The position numbers and the translations under genes are program-made. The notes under the pieces were generated by a model. The model was not told where the DNA came from. It did no database searches and worked only from the letters and a program-made list of their open reading frames with translations. A stretch of 57,922 nt of DNA from Promethearchaeota archaeon (lineage in GTDB: Archaea > Asgardarchaeota > Lokiarchaeia > Sigyniarchaeales > SOKP01): assembly GCA_048938025.1 (NCBI GenBank), contig JBHLMP010000019.1, forward strand, positions 1-57,922, written 5' to 3'. Positions 20,231 through 30,031 of the stretch are shown here, piece by piece (positions within the stretch are counted from its first letter, which is position 1; each line of letters opens with the position of its first letter).

Positions 20231-20334
20231 AATTTTAATCAAAAAATATTTTTTATAATAATTTATTGAAATAAACAATTATTTAAAGAAAAATTTTCAA
20301 TATTAAATTAAAGAAAATAAAAAGGGTTGAGAAA

Positions 20335-20862
20335 ATGAGTATAAGAAGCAGTCGTATTTCACAAGATTTTGCAGGATTAAAAAAAATGCTTAAAGACAGT
20401 ACCATTGTTCAATTAAAACCTTTTAATCCTAATAAGAAAAGTATAGATCATCTAGCTATTGCCATTAAAGGACCTAAGGGTACTGCATACGCAGGTGGAC
20501 TTTTTAAATTAGAAATGAAATTTCCTACTCAGTATCCTAAACAACCACCATTCGTTAGAATGCATACTCCAATTTGGCATCCGAATTTTTGGCCAAAACC
20601 GAGTGAGTATAAAGGACAGAGAAATATTTGTCTAGCTTTAGTGGATCCCTCTTTGATTGGTAAAAAAGGTGGATGGAGCCCATCAAAAACTGCTGTAACG
20701 GTTGTTCAAGCAATAACTGCTATGTTAAACACACGTGGTAAGTATGTAAATCCAACAGATGTCTTTAATAAAAAAGCAGCAATAGAAATGATGAAAAATC
20801 CTAAATTTTTCGAAAAAAAAGTCAAAAGTTTAGTTAAAAAGTATGCTAATAAGAAATGGTGA
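20335..20862 (+). CDS. Ubiquitin-conjugating enzyme E2
   Basis: GP.GT.Y.GG.F, FP..YP..PP, WHPN, catalytic ICL, WSPS and N..AA. Confidence 0.95.
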   Translation: MSIRSSRISQDFAGLKKMLKDSTIVQLKPFNPNKKSIDHLAIAIKGPKGTAYAGGLFKLEMKFPTQYPKQPPFVRMHTPIWHPNFWPKPSEYKGQRNICLALVDPSLIGKKGGWSPSKTAVTVVQAITAMLNTRGKYVNPTDVFNKKAAIEMMKNPKFFEKKVKSLVKKYANKKW

Positions 20863-20869
20863 TATTTTA

Positions 20870-21679
20870 ATGAATTTTGAAAATGATAAGACAAATTCTA
20901 TCAGAGAAGTAATAAAAAATAAAATAAAGGAGAAAATTAAAAAAGAATTGCTTGAAGAGATATACACTGAATTAAAATCAGAAGAAGAATTGATAGATGA
21001 AATAACTTCTGAGCTTATCCAAAAAAAGCCTTCTGAATATACAGAAACAATTAGTATCAAACATGAGAATACTCCAACAGAGCCAGAAATAGCATATGTT
21101 AAACATAATGAGACTAAAGCCAATTTAATTATAACAGTTAAAGCTATTCTTAAGATAGCAAGCCATTCCTTAAAATATGCTCACTCTAAGATCCCAAGAA
21201 AGGATTGGGTTGAAGTAATAGGGTTACTTGCTGGTAAATTAGATATATCTGGGCAAATTCTTCATATAGAAGATGCTTATCCAATGGGCCATGGTACAGC
21301 AGTTTATGCTGAAATTAAAGATTATAAAAATTATGTGAGAGCTTTTAACGATATTAAGAGAAATAAATTATTCATCTGTGGATGGTATCATTCTCATCCA
21401 TCTTATGGGTGTTTTATGTCTAATGAAGATATAGGAACTCAGGCGAGATATCAAAAATTATGGGATAAGGCTATTGCTCTTGTGATAGATCCATATCAAA
21501 TTGATGGTACTTCATTAGGATTTGAGATTTATCGTGCAAATATCAGAACAAAAAAATGGTTTTCTTTACCGTATAATATAAAAGGGCATTTAGATGTTCG
21601 AATGTTGCCTGAAATCTTGGCATTTATGAATCCTATTATTGAGGGGAAACCTGTTTACTTGGAATATGATGAAGATTAA
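20870..21679 (+). CDS. JAMM/MPN+ metalloprotease, Rpn11/CSN5-like deconjugase
   Basis: EVIGLL, GWYHSHPSYGCFMS.ED and ALVIDP; ATG 20870 follows a GGTGA that contains the E2 stop codon. Confidence 0.92.
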   Translation: MNFENDKTNSIREVIKNKIKEKIKKELLEEIYTELKSEEELIDEITSELIQKKPSEYTETISIKHENTPTEPEIAYVKHNETKANLIITVKAILKIASHSLKYAHSKIPRKDWVEVIGLLAGKLDISGQILHIEDAYPMGHGTAVYAEIKDYKNYVRAFNDIKRNKLFICGWYHSHPSYGCFMSNEDIGTQARYQKLWDKAIALVIDPYQIDGTSLGFEIYRANIRTKKWFSLPYNIKGHLDVRMLPEILAFMNPIIEGKPVYLEYDED

Positions 21680-21708
21680 ATTCTTTAATATGTGGTGATG
21701 CTTAAACC

Positions 21709-22878
21709 GTGGTGAAAACTAAAGCTGTTGCGATATCATTAATTATCTTTTTAATCATAGGCATAATCCATGGTGCTATTTTAGACTCATTTAATGTATT
21801 TGTAACTTGGTTATTAATTGGTTTATGGATAATATTGACTATTAAAATTTTAGGAAATGTAAAACGTCACCGCGAATTTAATTCACCACACAATACTGCC
21901 TTTTTTGTCATAATCCCTTTATTTATCGGAATTTTTTACTCTATTTGGGGTTATTTTACAGGTATTCTGGGTGAAAACCTTCTAGAGGGTTCAGATCTAT
22001 ATTTTAGTTGGTGGAGTATCATTTTTGGATTTCCATTTGTATTATATGGCGCTCATTCTTTATATCGTTGTTTTAAGAAATATAGTGTTATTTATTTTGG
22101 AACGAAATCAATAAAAGCTAGGTTATTTGGATATATTTTAGCCTTTATTGTTCTTCTTTTTATAATATTTTATTGGATTATTTTTTATACTGTTATTGAA
22201 TTTTATAATTTTCCATTAATCCCGCTTCACTTCTCTGTAGATCTTAACCTTTTATTATTATTCATAATTACAATATTGATATTAATTGTTTTTGGATTTA
22301 TTAGTTCACAAAGACCATTGCCAACATTAACTCGTGATTATATAGCACAACGTACTAGGAGAATAAATTCATTAACATCTCCTACTGCATTATCTTCGCC
22401 TAGAAGACAAAGACAAACTGTAAGTACAACAATTAGATCAACACCAACATCTAGAAATATATCTCGAACAACAAGATCAAGTACTCAATCATCAAGAACA
22501 ACACCAACTTCACATAGACAAACAAATAGAACAAGAACAACAAAAACTACCCAAACTAGAAGTGTAAAACCAGCATCAAAAAGTCGAGATCTAAATAGAT
22601 ATAAGCCAATAGGATCATATCTATCACAGGACGATTTTAAATGTATTTTTTGTTTTAAATTACCAAAACTTCCTGAGGATAGAGGGAGAGGGATAATCTT
22701 GTGCCCACATTGTAGATACCCAGCACATGCAGATGAATTTAAAGATTGGTTACGAACCTCAAATCTGTGTTCACGATGTAGTACCCCTATTCCATCTACC
22801 TTTAAAAGTAATCCTAGGATAATTAGTGTAAAGGATTATTTAATTATCTATAACCATTTTTTAAGAAAAAAGAACTAA
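21709..22878 (+). CDS. Multi-pass membrane protein with C-terminal RING-variant domain (putative E3 ligase)
   Basis: About 6 TM helices, an R/S/T-rich linker, then CIFC-x16-CPHC-x4-H-x2-E...W...CSRC. Confidence 0.8.
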   Translation: MVKTKAVAISLIIFLIIGIIHGAILDSFNVFVTWLLIGLWIILTIKILGNVKRHREFNSPHNTAFFVIIPLFIGIFYSIWGYFTGILGENLLEGSDLYFSWWSIIFGFPFVLYGAHSLYRCFKKYSVIYFGTKSIKARLFGYILAFIVLLFIIFYWIIFYTVIEFYNFPLIPLHFSVDLNLLLLFIITILILIVFGFISSQRPLPTLTRDYIAQRTRRINSLTSPTALSSPRRQRQTVSTTIRSTPTSRNISRTTRSSTQSSRTTPTSHRQTNRTRTTKTTQTRSVKPASKSRDLNRYKPIGSYLSQDDFKCIFCFKLPKLPEDRGRGIILCPHCRYPAHADEFKDWLRTSNLCSRCSTPIPSTFKSNPRIISVKDYLIIYNHFLRKKN

Positions 22879-22909
22879 CTGAATGGAAAATTTGTAAGAA
22901 ATTAAATAA

Positions 22910-23869
22910 TTAACTTTTCAATTTTAGGTTTTCTTTTAATTCTCCAACTGTAGTTTTTAATTCAGCATATACGTTATGTGGATGAATAGATTCAAAGCTT
23001 TCTATTTTAAATTTTATTTTAAAGTTATCTTCAATATTTGGAAAATCTCTTAAAATGAAATTCTGTGCCATCTCTCGAATGACATCCTCAGAAAATAATG
23101 GTTTCAAATGAGCACTTCTAACTAATTCCGCTTCTTCTGGTCTTTTTAAAACAGATTGTATTTTTCCACTCATAGATCGCTCTATAACATCTATAATATC
23201 TAAAACGTCTATTTTATGATTAGTTAAATCCTTTATTTGAATTATAATTGTACCAATTGATCTTTGATTATGTGAGGAAAAGGGAAGGATATTTAATAAC
23301 TTCCTGAGGTCTTCTTCTGAAACATCAATATCCTGTCTAGATTTAACAACTTGTTCCGCATACTCCAAAGAAAGTTCTTTAGCGCAAGGACAAACTGTCA
23401 TTCCTACTGCGCTCGCGCCAATAAAATAATTATAATCTATATAACCCAAATCATCTCGACTTGCTTTTACAAAGGAACTAATATTATATGATTTTTGAAT
23501 AATTCTTTCATCATTTTCTCTGACTTGAACTACAATTTTTCCCTCTAATTTAACTTCTGCTTTTGAAGTATAAGGGTGGCGTTCTAATAATTTTTTGACA
23601 ATTCTATCTCCGACAAGCTCAATAGTTGGTGTAGGTTTGAAAATTACTTCATTAATAACTTCTTCTATAGTCTCTGAAGTTCGAGACATATGTATTCCAC
23701 GTTGTTCAGCAGGAAGATTAATTAATGCAGATATTTTAGGATAAAAAGAATATCTTTTATTCTCTTGAACTATCTCTACTTTTTTTTCCAATTCCACAAT
23801 CCCAACCTTATCTATTGGGATATCTATTCTCGAATCAGAATCTTGTAAATCTTTTTTAAATTTATTAAT
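22910..23869 (-). CDS. mptA: GTP cyclohydrolase MptA (FolE2 family); probable ATT start at 23869
   Basis: RGIHMSR, GMTVCPCA, SHNQR, LKR..E, F.EDV.R and ESIH.H; the conserved DLQ...IDKVGI lies upstream of the called GTG at 23797. Confidence 0.92.
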   Translation of the reverse strand: MNKFKKDLQDSDSRIDIPIDKVGIVELEKKVEIVQENKRYSFYPKISALINLPAEQRGIHMSRTSETIEEVINEVIFKPTPTIELVGDRIVKKLLERHPYTSKAEVKLEGKIVVQVRENDERIIQKSYNISSFVKASRDDLGYIDYNYFIGASAVGMTVCPCAKELSLEYAEQVVKSRQDIDVSEEDLRKLLNILPFSSHNQRSIGTIIIQIKDLTNHKIDVLDIIDVIERSMSGKIQSVLKRPEEAELVRSAHLKPLFSEDVIREMAQNFILRDFPNIEDNFKIKFKIESFESIHPHNVYAELKTTVGELKENLKLKS

Positions 23870-23974
23870 ATTGAGTCACCAGTAGGAAAAATTAATTTTT
23901 TTATGTTCTATTCTTTAAAAGATTATATAAAATATAAAATATATTTCAATAAAATTTACATTTACTAAGATTTA

Positions 23975-25144
23975 ATGGCAAATAAAAATTTATTCAGCAA
24001 ATATGCTTTAATTGGAGAAAATTTAGATTTAAGACAAAATGTAAATTTAGATATTAATCAAAATGGAAAAATTATAGATCTCTCTTATGAAATTATTAAT
24101 AAAGATTTAGAACTTCTACTAGATGACTCACCTACCTTATTGGTTCCAGGGTTTATTAATTCTCATGTCCATATCGGAGATAGTTTTGCTAAAGAGTTAG
24201 GGTTTAATAAAGAGTTAGAGAACATAGTTGCCACACCATTTGGTCTTAAACATAAATTATTAAGACAAACCCCTGAAGGTATTAAAATTCAAGGTATTCA
24301 AAATGCTGTTTTAGAAATGCTTTCAAATGGTATTACTTTTTTCATTGATTTTAGAGAGGGAGGTATAGAAGGAATAAATCTTTTAAAAAAAGCACTTACT
24401 GATAGTGCAATTAATTATTTAATCTTGGGGAGATTTATGGATGAAAATGAAATAGAATCTGTTTTTGATTTAGCAGACGGAGTTGGATTATCTAGTTATA
24501 AGCAAATAAATGCAACAAATAAAAGATTTGTATTATCTGCTAAAGAAGAATTTAAAAAAATCATTGCTTGTCACTGTGCAGAAAAAATTCGTAATCCTAA
24601 TCTAATAAAAGAAATGTTTAATGATAATTTAGTAGATATCATTATTCATGGGACAAAATTTAATAAAAATGATTTAGAGAAGTTAATAATAAATAATAAA
24701 TCTCTTGTTTTATGTCCTCGTTGTAATGGATATTTTGGTGTCGGATTTCCCCCTATCAGCGAGATATTAAGATTAAAAATTCCAATATCATTAGGTACAG
24801 ATAATCTAATGGTAAATAACACTGATCTATTTGAGGAGATACGATATTTTTATCGGATTTCACGAATTTTATGCAGTCATGATAAACAACTTAAATTTAC
24901 ATCAAAGGATTTAATGAAAATGGTCACCATTAACGCTGCAAAAAATTTTAATCTTGATAAAGAATATGGTTCAATTTCAAATGGTAAGTTTGCTGATTTT
25001 TTTTTAATTGATCTTTGCGCTCCAAATTTATTTTCTTCCAAATTAGATTTTAATAATATTTACGATATAATTACTCAAAGAGTAAAATCAGAAAATATAA
25101 AAAAAATATATATTAAAGGAGAACTGATATTTGAAAGAAATTGA
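23975..25144 (+). CDS. Amidohydrolase superfamily metal-dependent deaminase
   Basis: PGFINSHVHIGDS, HCAE, IHG, CPRCN, LGTDN and TINAA. Confidence 0.88.
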   Translation: MANKNLFSKYALIGENLDLRQNVNLDINQNGKIIDLSYEIINKDLELLLDDSPTLLVPGFINSHVHIGDSFAKELGFNKELENIVATPFGLKHKLLRQTPEGIKIQGIQNAVLEMLSNGITFFIDFREGGIEGINLLKKALTDSAINYLILGRFMDENEIESVFDLADGVGLSSYKQINATNKRFVLSAKEEFKKIIACHCAEKIRNPNLIKEMFNDNLVDIIIHGTKFNKNDLEKLIINNKSLVLCPRCNGYFGVGFPPISEILRLKIPISLGTDNLMVNNTDLFEEIRYFYRISRILCSHDKQLKFTSKDLMKMVTINAAKNFNLDKEYGSISNGKFADFFLIDLCAPNLFSSKLDFNNIYDIITQRVKSENIKKIYIKGELIFERN

Positions 25145-25802
25145 TAAACCTTATGTTATTTTAAGTGTTGCAATGACTATTGATGGAAAAATAGCGTCAA
25201 AAGCAGGAGATCCTAATTTATCTGATGAGGAAGATTGGAAAGAAGTGCATAAACTTAGGACTCAGGTAGATGGAATTATCGTTGGGAAAAATACAATATT
25301 AAGAGATAATCCTAAACTTCATATAAAATTCTTTGAACATAATGGTTATTATAGAATTGTTGTTGATAGTAATCTTTCAATACCTATTGATTCAAACGTA
25401 ATCATATTTAAGCCAAACATATATCCTACGATAATATGTACTACAGAAAATGCATCTCTAGAAAGAATTAAAGATTTTGAATCTAAAGGAGTGAAAATTT
25501 TAAAGTCTGGCAAAGGTAAGAGAGTAAATATTTCAAGTTTTATGCCTCTTCTCTATAATTTAGGAATTCAAAAACTTTTATTAGAGGGAGGTGGTACTTT
25601 AAATTGGAGTTTTATTGAAAACGATTTAATTGATGAGATAAGATTGACAATTGCTCCGTGGATTGTTGGAGGAAAAGATGCTATAAGCTTAGTAGAAGGC
25701 GAGGGTTTTGAAAAAATGATTCAAGCGCCTAGATTTAAATTGCTTAATATTAATAATAGAGATAATTATGTTGTTTTAAATTACAAAAGGAGCGATAAAT
25801 GA
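25131..25802 (+). CDS. arfC: 2,5-diamino-6-ribosylamino-4(3H)-pyrimidinone 5'-phosphate reductase (RibD C-terminal type)
   Basis: AMTIDGKIA, VHKLR, VG.NT...DNP.L, LLEGGGTLN and DEI...IAP; no deaminase domain. Confidence 0.9.
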   Translation: MKEIDKPYVILSVAMTIDGKIASKAGDPNLSDEEDWKEVHKLRTQVDGIIVGKNTILRDNPKLHIKFFEHNGYYRIVVDSNLSIPIDSNVIIFKPNIYPTIICTTENASLERIKDFESKGVKILKSGKGKRVNISSFMPLLYNLGIQKLLLEGGGTLNWSFIENDLIDEIRLTIAPWIVGGKDAISLVEGEGFEKMIQAPRFKLLNINNRDNYVVLNYKRSDK

Positions 25803-26902
25803 ATATTCAAGACGATTTTGAACAAATAAAGAATTTAACATTTAAGAAAATAAAAGAAAAAGTCAAAGATATTAGAGCTCAATTACCTATTAATGAGCAA
25901 AAAGTAATAACTTATTCAAAAAATTTCACAATTTCATTGTCAAATTATTGTCAAAACTTCTGTGGGTATTGTTTCTACAACTTTAGAATTCCTAAATTAG
26001 ATGGGCAAGGAAATGTTATACTACTTGGGGATGAACAAATACAAACTCTAATTCAGAATGGAATTCATTATAATTGTAAAGAGGTTTTGTTAATATCTGG
26101 AGAAAAGCCAGATAGTTATAAGGAAGTTAAAGATGAATTAAAAAAGAGAGATTGTAGTGATTTTATTGAGTTTGTAAAAGATATTTCTAATTATTTATTA
26201 GATTTTAATTTATTACCACATACAAACTTAGGTATACTTACTTTTGACGATTTGAAACTATTAAAAAATTATAATGCCAGTATGGGTTTGATGCTTGAGA
26301 GCACGAGTTTAGATTTATTTAAAAAAGGAGGAGTACACGAACAATCTCCAGGAAAAATCCCAAAAGAACGAATAAACCATATAAAGAATGCAGGAAAATT
26401 AAAAATTCCTTTTACTACAGGATTATTATTAGGGATTGGGGAATCCTTAGATGATAGAATAAAAGATTTGTTTTTAATTAAAGAAATTCATGAAGTTTAT
26501 GACCATATACAAGAGGTTATAATACAGAATTTTATAAATAAACCAGGAATTCCTTATCAACCAAAAAAAGTAATTAATATAAAAGATATCCTTAGAATTG
26601 TCGGAACAGCGAAAATTATCTTTGAAAATGAAATTGCGATTCAAGTTCCACCAAATCTCATATCAGGACATGAAATTGAATTTATTGAAATGGGAGTAAA
26701 TGATTTTGGTGGAATTTCACCTTTTACTTTAGACTATATAAATCCAGAAAACAAATGGCCTCAGATTGATGAATTAAAAAACATTTGTGAGTCTAAAAAA
26801 TATATCCTCCAAGAGAGGCTTCCAATATATGATAAATATATACAAAAAAATGGTTTTTGTTCAGAAAATATTAAAAAAACTATAGATAATATAAATTATT
26901 GA
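25799..26902 (+). CDS. cofG: FO synthase subunit 1 (radical SAM)
   Basis: ITYSKN, CQNFCGYC, LPHTN.G, NASMGLMLE, PFTTG.L.GIGE, HIQEVIIQNF, QVPPNL and GGISP. Confidence 0.95.
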   Translation: MNIQDDFEQIKNLTFKKIKEKVKDIRAQLPINEQKVITYSKNFTISLSNYCQNFCGYCFYNFRIPKLDGQGNVILLGDEQIQTLIQNGIHYNCKEVLLISGEKPDSYKEVKDELKKRDCSDFIEFVKDISNYLLDFNLLPHTNLGILTFDDLKLLKNYNASMGLMLESTSLDLFKKGGVHEQSPGKIPKERINHIKNAGKLKIPFTTGLLLGIGESLDDRIKDLFLIKEIHEVYDHIQEVIIQNFINKPGIPYQPKKVINIKDILRIVGTAKIIFENEIAIQVPPNLISGHEIEFIEMGVNDFGGISPFTLDYINPENKWPQIDELKNICESKKYILQERLPIYDKYIQKNGFCSENIKKTIDNINY

Positions 26903-28032
26903 TGATAGCTTCTCAGATATTCAACCAGATAAAAGCAGATGTAAGGGAAATTTTAAAAAAAGCGTTAAATAATAAGGAGATTTCTTCTGAAGAAGCTTTA
27001 AAATTATTACAAGTTCATGGGAAAGAATTTTTTGCTTTGCAATACGTAGCAGATCAAATTTGTTATGAAAAAAAGCAAGATATTGTTACTTTTATAATAA
27101 ATAGAAATATAAATTTTACAAATATTTGTTTTCAAGGATGTAAGTTTTGTTCATTTAGTTTACCAGCAAATCACGAAGATGCCTTTTTATTAAGTATTGA
27201 AGAAATAAGAAAAAAAGTCATTGAAGCGAAAAATTTTAATTGTACAGAAGTATGTATTCAAGGTGGTATAAATCCTCAATTAAAATTTGATTATTATTTA
27301 GAAATTATTAAATCTGTTAAAAATATTGATTCAGAAATTCATATTCATGCTTTTTCTCCTCAAGAAATATTCCATATGTCAAAATTAAACGGAGATACGG
27401 TGGAAAATACATTAAAAGAACTTAAAAAATCTGGTTTAGATTCAATACCGGGGACGGCAGCTGAAATTCTAGTTGATAAGGTTCGTAAGATTATATGTCC
27501 TAATAAAGTTTCCACATCTCAATGGATTGATATTATCACATTGGCTCATAAAAAGGGTATACGAACGACTTCTACAATAATGTATGGACATATAGAGACA
27601 TTATCTGACAGGATTAAACATTTAGAGATTTTAAGAGAGATTCAGAAGAAAACTAATGGTTTTACTGAATTTGTTTCATTACCTTTTGTTAAAGAAAAGC
27701 CAATTTTATCAAAACTTACAGATTATCCACTAAAGCCTAGTTATGGAATGGAAGATTTAAAGTTATTTTGTGTTGCACGTCTGTTTTTTAACAATTATAT
27801 AGATAATATCCAATGTAGTTGGGTGAAACTTGGTCCCAAATTTGCTCAAGTTTCTCTAAACTATGGAGTGAATGATTTTTCAGGCACTTTAATGGAAGAA
27901 AATATCTCTAAAAGTGCCGGAGCAGAATTTGGTGAATATTTACCTCCTGATGAAATTATTGAAATTATTAAAGCTGCTGGAAAGCGCCCAGCTCAGCGGG
28001 ATACGCTTTATAATATTATGAGATATTATTAG
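26899..28032 (+). CDS. cofH: FO synthase subunit 2 (radical SAM)
   Basis: NRNINFTNIC...C..C, EVCIQGG, HAFSP.E, PGTAAEIL, TIMYGH.E, SWVKLG and GTLMEENIS. Confidence 0.95.
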   Translation: MMIASQIFNQIKADVREILKKALNNKEISSEEALKLLQVHGKEFFALQYVADQICYEKKQDIVTFIINRNINFTNICFQGCKFCSFSLPANHEDAFLLSIEEIRKKVIEAKNFNCTEVCIQGGINPQLKFDYYLEIIKSVKNIDSEIHIHAFSPQEIFHMSKLNGDTVENTLKELKKSGLDSIPGTAAEILVDKVRKIICPNKVSTSQWIDIITLAHKKGIRTTSTIMYGHIETLSDRIKHLEILREIQKKTNGFTEFVSLPFVKEKPILSKLTDYPLKPSYGMEDLKLFCVARLFFNNYIDNIQCSWVKLGPKFAQVSLNYGVNDFSGTLMEENISKSAGAEFGEYLPPDEIIEIIKAAGKRPAQRDTLYNIMRYY

Positions 28033-28110
28033 GTTAATTTAGCTAATTTACTAAAAATTCCAAAACCAAATAATGCTCAACGTAGAGTCTTACATGAAAT
28101 ATTTGATTAG

Positions 28111-29976
28111 TTAGAGATTTTGATGACCTTGTAAATAACTTAAGATGTATTGTTGCGTTATTAAGTCTGAACTAACCACACCCAATACTTTTCCTTCATC
28201 AACAACAGGTATAGCAGAAATTTGATATTGCTCAAGTTCTCTTACAATATCCATAATAGTAAAGTTCGGAGATGCTGTGATAACATTCTTAGTCATAATT
28301 TTATCAAGCTTTACATCAATAGTTCCCTCAGCAGTAGCTTTTGTAACATCCCAATCTGTTACGACTCCTACAAGCTTATCTTTAGAAAGAACAGCAATTA
28401 TCCCACTCATACTATTTATGATTAATGCCGCCGCTTCTTGTAAATTACTATTAACATCAATGGTAGGTATTGAAACCATGATTTCTTTAGCAGTACGTTC
28501 ACTTTCTTTTGCAGTGAGACGTTGTAAACTAATACGTTCAGCAGCTGCGAAGGGAAGCATATCTGGATTGTTAGCTAATAAATCAACTAATTCAATCATA
28601 TTATTATGAATAACATCCTCTCTATATTCTTCTCCAGCTGTTAATCGTCTTTTTGAGAGTTCGGAAAATTCAATAGCATGGTCTTTTAGCCAACTTTCTA
28701 CCGCTATATGGTCACCTAACATTTTTTCTGGGATTTGTAAATGATCGGGTGTTTTGATAATATGTTCTTGAGCAGCATAGATGACTCCTCCAGAATTAAC
28801 TAAATAATCATTTGCAATCATTACTCCTTTCTCACGATATACAATTTGTTCCATACGAATACGAGCAGCTTTTCTATTTGGATCTGGAGAATATGTATTA
28901 GCCCCTTCCACAATCACTGACCATTTACCCATCCGATCCACTGTCGTTGAAGGATCCTCAGATTGCCAGACACCCAGATAATTAAATACAGGCGCAGCTG
29001 GAATCATACAAAAAGCATTTTCTAGAAGTAAATTATTGGGATTAGTAGAAAATTTTGTAGGATGCCTATAACCCTCTCTTATAATTTCATTTTTAAAATA
29101 TATATTTGTAACTAAACGTTTTTCTTTCCACAATTTAAAAAGATCTTCAACTGGTAACCCAGATTCATTATATAAATAACCTTCTAAATCACTTATCCCA
29201 ATTATTTTAACTTGTGGAATGCGTTCCTTTAAGATACGTGCTGAATGAGCGCCAACAGCACCAAAACCTTGAATTATAACTTTAAGATCTTTATGTTCTG
29301 GAATTTCTAAATTAGCGAATTGTGGAAGTACTCTTAATCTAGGCATAATTTCTAACAGAGTCTGTAAAGCAATCACCACGCCCCCGGCAGCAGCACCTAA
29401 TTCGTCGATACGATTACCTCCCATATCGAGTGGTTTGGATACGGCACTATCTAACCCATTTTCTATAGCAATTGTTTTCATATCAGCATCATTTGTACCA
29501 ACATCAGGTCCTGGGACATAAATACCTTTATAACGACGAATTAGACAAGCAAAACCACGAACTACTTCAGTATGTTCTTCGGGTGTCAAATTCCTTTCAG
29601 CAACTATTCCTGCTTTTCCACCACCATAAGGTAAGTTAGCAGCAGCGTTTTTAAGTGTCATACCCCGAGCTAAATTATAAATATCTGAAGGTGTGATATC
29701 TGGCAACATTCTAATACCTCCCATCGAAGGAGATCCCATTGAAAGATTGTCAACAACTATATATCCACCTATTTCCAATGAAGATACATCATCCCATAAA
29801 CACACAACAAGTTTAGGACCCAGTGTATCACAAATAATTCCTAGATGAGATAAAAGATGTACATCTAAATTAGTAAATTCTAAATAACACTTTCCATTCT
29901 CTTTTTTGGTTCTCGTTTTCAGAGTACCCTCTGGAAGGTGTTCTTTAAGATAAGTTTCCATTCTTTTAGGTATCAT
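28111..29976 (-). CDS. Glu/Leu/Phe/Val dehydrogenase family protein fused to a C-terminal CBS pair
   Basis: GGIRM, MTLKNA, GGGKAG, GPDVGT, GFGAVG, EGAN and NSGGV; two CBS repeats in the last about 125 aa; ATG 29976 preferred. Confidence 0.88.
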   Translation of the reverse strand: MIPKRMETYLKEHLPEGTLKTRTKKENGKCYLEFTNLDVHLLSHLGIICDTLGPKLVVCLWDDVSSLEIGGYIVVDNLSMGSPSMGGIRMLPDITPSDIYNLARGMTLKNAAANLPYGGGKAGIVAERNLTPEEHTEVVRGFACLIRRYKGIYVPGPDVGTNDADMKTIAIENGLDSAVSKPLDMGGNRIDELGAAAGGVVIALQTLLEIMPRLRVLPQFANLEIPEHKDLKVIIQGFGAVGAHSARILKERIPQVKIIGISDLEGYLYNESGLPVEDLFKLWKEKRLVTNIYFKNEIIREGYRHPTKFSTNPNNLLLENAFCMIPAAPVFNYLGVWQSEDPSTTVDRMGKWSVIVEGANTYSPDPNRKAARIRMEQIVYREKGVMIANDYLVNSGGVIYAAQEHIIKTPDHLQIPEKMLGDHIAVESWLKDHAIEFSELSKRRLTAGEEYREDVIHNNMIELVDLLANNPDMLPFAAAERISLQRLTAKESERTAKEIMVSIPTIDVNSNLQEAAALIINSMSGIIAVLSKDKLVGVVTDWDVTKATAEGTIDVKLDKIMTKNVITASPNFTIMDIVRELEQYQISAIPVVDEGKVLGVVSSDLITQQYILSYLQGHQNL

Positions 29977-30031
29977 AATTTTTTTCCTATACTTAAATTT
30001 TTTAAAATGTTTCAATTGTTAATATTCGCAA

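Noticed and set aside
18583-22878. Bacterial-type antiviral Ubl system (Bil, CBASS Cap2/3)
   Set aside because: Components look eukaryote-like, a RING E3 is present, and the context is housekeeping with no cyclase or defence-island genes. An antiviral role is not excluded but is unsupported.
23869-23880. Selenocysteine or stop read-through at in-frame TGA upstream of mptA and rubrerythrin
   Set aside because: The TGA is part of the GGTGA Shine-Dalgarno; equivalent cases are bounded by TAA or TAG, and family homology begins after the stop.
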